In this document: positions 59,842 to 64,000 of the stretch, in pieces | How the letters are laid out: each line of letters opens with the position of its first letter | Position numbering within the stretch: position 1 is the stretch's first letter | NCBI RefSeq assembly: GCF_963921235.1 | Contig: NC_086109.1 | Span: 620,001-684,000, forward strand | DNA: 64,000 nucleotides | Source of the DNA: Mobula hypostoma | Taxonomy: Eukaryota | Direction of reading: 5' to 3' | Notes under the pieces: generated by a model | The model's database searches: none | Told to the model about the DNA's origin: nothing | The model's input: only the letters and a program-made list of their open reading frames with translations | Translations under genes and position numbers: made by a program

Positions 59842-60144
59842 AGGCAGTGTTGCACCTGTGAGTCTTTTGATGTCATTTATTGTATCCGATGCTCCCAATG
59901 TGGAATCCTCTACATTAGTGAGTACCGACCTGGATTGGCAGACAACTTTGGCAAGTACATTTGCATTGCTTGCTGAGATCTCACAACAGCCACCATTTCA
60001 ACTCTACTTCCTGTTCCCATACCTACCTTCAATTAATGATCTCCACAGTGGTCACAGATGCAGGTTGAAGGAGGAACACCTCATATTCCGCCTGGGTACC
60101 TCCAATCTGATTGCATGAAAGTAGCCATCTCTAACTTACGGTAA
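59842..60144 (+). pseudogene. Penelope GIY-YIG endonuclease C-terminal remnant
   Basis: RQCCTCESFDVIYCIRCSQCGILYISE... and RLKEEHLIFRLG in different frames; VIY/YI(G) motifs with CxxC. Confidence 0.82.
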
Positions 60145-60342
60145 TGACTGCCCCCTGTTTCTTTTTACAACTGCCAACCTTTTTCTCTCATTTTGGTTGC
60201 CCTCTCACCCCATCTCCTCCCCGCCCTCATGATGTGTCCATGACCTTCTACTGGTTTCCCACCCTCCTTCCCTTTATTGCTCTTCCACCTATCAACTCCC
60301 AGCTTCTCACATTCTTTCTCTCTGCCTCCAATCAATCTTTAA

Positions 60343-62426
60343 TTGTTCAACAATTGTTCATCCCAGTTTGGCAAAAGAATAAATCAAGGAAGGTAGTGGC
60401 TGACAAGGGAAATTAAGGATAGTATCAATTCCAAAGAAGAAGCATACAAATTAGCCAGAAAAAGTGGCTCACCTGAGGACTGGGAGAAATTCAGAGTTCA
60501 GCAGAGGAGGACAAAGGGCTTAATTAGGAAGGGGAAAAAAAAGATTATGAGAGAAAACTGGCGGGGAACATAAAAACTGACTGTAAAAGCTTTTATAAAT
60601 ATGTGAAAAGAAAAAGATTGGTTAAGACAAATGTAGGTCCCCTACAGACAGAAACAGGTGAATTGATTATGGGGAGCAAGGACATGGCAGACCAATTGAA
60701 TAATTACTTTGGTTCTGTCTTCACTAAAGAGGACATAAATAATCTTCCGGAAATAGTAGGGGACAGAGGGTCCAGTGAGATGGAGGAACTGAGGGAAAAA
60801 CATGTTAGTAGGGAACTGGTGTAAGGTAAATTGAAGGGATTAAAGGCAGATAAATCCCCAGGGCCAGATGGTCTGCATCCCAGAGTGCTTAAGGAAGTAG
60901 CCCAAGGAATAGTGGATGCATTAGTGATAATTTTTCAAAACTCTTTAGATTCTGGACTAGTTCCTGAGGATTGGAGGGTGGCTAATGTAACCCCACTTTT
61001 TAAAAAAGGAGGGAGAGAGTAACCATGGAATTATAGACCGGTTAGCCTAACATCGGTGGTGGGGAAACTGCTAGAGTCAGTTATCAAAGATGTGACAACT
61101 GCACATTTGGAAAGCAGTGAGATCATCGGACAAAGTCAGCATGCACTTGCGAAAGGAAAATCATGTCTGACGAATCTCATAGAATTTTTTGAGGATGTAA
61201 CTAGTAGAGTGGATAGGGGAGAACCAGTGGATGTGGTATATTTGGATTTTCAAAAGGCTTTTGACAAGGTCCCACACAGGACATTAGTGTGCAAACTTAA
61301 AGCACACGGTATTGGGGGTAAGGTATAGATGTGGATAGAGAATTGGTTGGCAGACAGGAAGCAAAGAGTGGGAATAAACGGGACCTTTTCAGAATGGCAG
61401 GCAGTGACTAGTGGGGTACCGCAAGGCTCAGTGCTGGGATCCCAGTTGTTTACAATATATATTAATGACTTAGACGAGGGAATTAAATGCAGCATTTCCA
61501 AGTTTGCGGATGACACGAAGCTGGGCGACAGTGTTAGCTGTGAGGAGGATGCTAAGAGGATGCAGGGTGACTTAGATAAGTTAGGTGAGTGGGCAAATTC
61601 ATGGCAGATGAAATTTAATGTGGATAAATGTGAAGTTATCCACTTTGGTGGCAAAAACAGGAAAACAGATTATTATCTGAATGGTGGTCGATTAGGAAAA
61701 GGGGAGGTGCAACGAGACCTGGGTGTCGTTATACACCAGTCATTGAAAGTGGGCATGCAGGTACAGCAGGCGGTGAAAAAGGCGAATGGTATGCTGGTAT
61801 TTATAGCAAGAAGATTCGAGTACAGGAGCAGGGAGGTACTACTGCAGTTGTACAAGGCCTTGGTGAGACCACACCTGGAGTATTGTGTGCAGTTTTGGTC
61901 CCCTAATCTGAGGAAAGACATCCTTGCCATAGAGGGAGTACAAAGAAGGTTCACCAGATTGATTCCTGGGATGGCAGGACTTTCATATGATGAAAGACTG
62001 GATGAACTAGGCTTATACTCGTTGGAATTTAGAAGATTGAGGGGGGATCTGATTGAAACATATAAAATCCTGAAGGGATTGGACAGGCTAGATGCAGGAA
62101 GGTTGTTCCCGATGTTGGGGAAGTCCAGAACGAGGGGTCACAGTTTGAGGATAAAGGGGAAGCCTTTTAGGACCGAGATTAGGAAAAACTTCTTCACACA
62201 GAGAGTGGTGAATCTGTGGGATTCTCTGCCACAGGAAACAGTTGAGGCCAGTTCATTGGCTATATTTAAGAGGGAGTTAGATATGGCCCTTGTGGCTAAA
62301 GGGATCAGGAGGTATGGAGGGAAGGCTGGTGCAGGGTTCTGAGTTGGATGATCAACCATGATCATACCGAATGGCGGTGCAGACTCGAAGGGCCAAATGG
62401 CCTACTTCTGCACCTATTTTCTATGT
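60343..62426 (+). mobile_element. CR1-clade LINE, 5'-truncated, ORF2 RT region with premature stops, intact 3' end
   Basis: KSPGPDGLHPRVLKE, DWRVANVTPLFKKG, YLDFQKAFDKVPH, SGVPQGSVLG, FADD (61503-61514), RPHLEYCVQFWSP, RRLRGDLI. TTCTATG-type tail. Possible TTTAA TSD at 60338-60342 / 62427-62431. Confidence 0.95.
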
Positions 62427-62877
62427 TTTAACCTCATCAGGTCTCACCTATCACCTCCCAGTTTGTGCTCTTCCCCTTCCTTCACCTTCTTATTCTGGTT
62501 TCTGGCCCTTTCTATTCCAGTCCTGCTGAAGGACCTCAGTCCAAAACATGAACTGTTCACCTCCCACCATAGATGTTGCTTGGCCTGATGAGTTCCTCCA
62601 GCACTTCCTGTTTGTTATTCAAGAGAGGCTCTGTGACCGCAAAGGTCATCCAACCCCCACCCTCAACTCCCTCCATTTTTGATTGCTGCATGAAATGAGT
62701 CTTCACCACATTCTAGATGGGAGGGTGGCTTGCTTTCATGGAGGGGAGACCACTCAGTTTGAAGTTCAGGCAGACCCCTCAAGAGGAGAAATAGAAGGGA
62801 GGGCACCTGGAAAGACCTGGTTTCTACACAGACAGATATAGAAAAAATAAGAATCAAACGCAAGAAGAGACCATTCA

Positions 62878-63322
62878 GCACATTCAGTATTGTGTTCTGT
62901 TCTGGCTGCATCATTATAGGAAGGATGTGGAAGAGCGAATGCAGAGGAGATTTACCGGAGGATGCTGCCTGGATTAGAGATCATGTCTAATGGGGAAAGT
63001 TTGAGCGAGCTAGGACTTTTGTCTTTGGAGTGAAAAAAGATGAGAGGTGACTTGATAGAGGTAAAAAAGACGATGAGGGGCGTAGATAGAACGTGTAGCT
63101 GATACCTTTTCCCCAGTGCAGCTATGCGAGGGGGCATAATTTTATGATGAGTGAAGGAAAGTATAGGCGAAATCCCAGAGTTTTTTTTCCACACACAGAG
63201 TGATAAGTGCATTGTACACACTGCCATGTGGGAAGAAGGGAGTAGATTGGCTTTGGAGTAGGTTAGCACAAAAGCACAGTATCTTCAGCCAAAGGGTCTG
63301 AACTGTGATATGCTATTCTATG
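62878..63322 (+). mobile_element. Older CR1-clade LINE 3' fragment
   Basis: YCVLFW..HYRKDV, MQRRFT, LGLLSLE, MRGDLIEV remnants; ends in a ctattctatg tail. Confidence 0.82.
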
Positions 63323-63589
63323 ATCAGTGACTATCCTTCTCTCATTTAACCCACAAGCATTGGAGAAAACTCAGGAAAAAAGTCTGGTGAACTCAGAATA
63401 AATGAATACAGAATGGACCCGATCAGTGAGGACATTGGTGGTGCCGCCTCATCAGAAAAGAGGATCTGTACAGGAGAGCCAAGCACTCCAGTTATGGGAA
63501 GAGATTGGAGAGGCTGGGCCTGATCTCTCTGAAGCAGAGGAGGCTGAGAGGTCACAAGAGTCTTCTAGCCATGAATCAAAGAAACAGGC

Positions 63590-63920
63590 TGTCAATCAGT
63601 TTTATAAAATCATGTAGATGATAGGATTCTATTTCTCTTGGTGAGAATCTTTCAGACAAGAGAGTTTATAATGATGGGAAGTTTCAGAGGAGTTCTGGGA
63701 AGTCTGCTTTTCCCATAGGAGTTTCGAACTTATTCACACTGCCTGAAGGTGGGGTGGAGTGTGGAGGCAGAGACTCTCATCACACTGATGCCTCTGGACC
63801 AGCATTTGAATCACCGAGGAAGGTACGGACTGAGTGCTGTGAAATGGAATTGAAATAGATAGAGACAATAATCACCATGGGCATGATGGGCCGAAAGTTC
63901 TTCATCTGTGCTGCATAATA
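63590..63920 (+). mobile_element. Highly degraded CR1-like 3' fragment
   Basis: ttttataaaatcatg, cacactgcctgaaggtgg..ggaggcaga, and the terminal motif gggcatgatgggccgaa...ctgtgctg resemble the CR1 3' ends nearby. Confidence 0.55.
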
Positions 63921-64000
63921 CCAACACCAATCCTGGAGCCGCAGGCAAGTTTTTGGTAGATTAGAGCACAGTAAATGGTGTGACTTCAGTTAAGAAGGAC

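Larger units (their letters stand above)
58944..62620 (+). mobile_element. Degraded Penelope-like element with inverted terminal pLTR segments, split into three pieces (58944-58987, 59776-60342, 62427-62620) by two nested insertions
   Basis: The joined left end (cacacaaaat|actgaaggaactcagcagatcaagaatcatctgtgg) is approximately the reverse complement of the right end (ccatagatgttgcttggcctgatgagttcctccagcacttcctgtttg). Contains a GIY-YIG remnant and a decayed hammerhead-like motif at 62523-62547. Confidence 0.8.

Noticed and set aside
61250..62365. Minus-strand ORFs over the CR1
   Set aside because: Antisense frames of CR1 ORF2 with no independent features.
63915..63945. Minus-strand RIGV resembling the upstream calsequestrin motif PQIGVV
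   Set aside because: Flanking residues and splice sites do not fit, and it abuts a LINE tail. The upstream exon is probably outside the window.

Overview
Vertebrate genomic DNA, most likely a cartilaginous fish (ray/shark, inferred from the repeat families). About 81% of the window (1-47669 and 52834-57041) is one strand-asymmetric satellite built on a 14-bp monomer (GGAGTTTCAGGGCA / GGAGATTCAGGGCA). It is layered: a highly homogenised ~4.49-kb higher-order repeat (HOR) with copy-number and recombinant variants on the left, shorter 741-bp and ~1.9-kb duplications next, and divergent monomeric sequence at the right edge. A 5'-truncated, inactivated L1 retrotransposon (47670-52833, 20-bp TSD) splits the array and carries a 97-bp Penelope-derived hairpin insertion that keeps ORF2 in frame. 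Right of the array are Rex/Babar and Tx1 LINE remnants, then the last coding exon of a calsequestrin gene (minus strand, 58711-58887, missed by the ORF track). Its upstream intron holds a Penelope element with nested SINE-like and CR1 insertions, plus two older CR1 fragments. The many 'SFRAGVSGQEFQG' ORFs are satellite translation artefacts. I see no evidence of a new protein-coding system; the most novel-looking items are the satellite architecture and the nested insertions.
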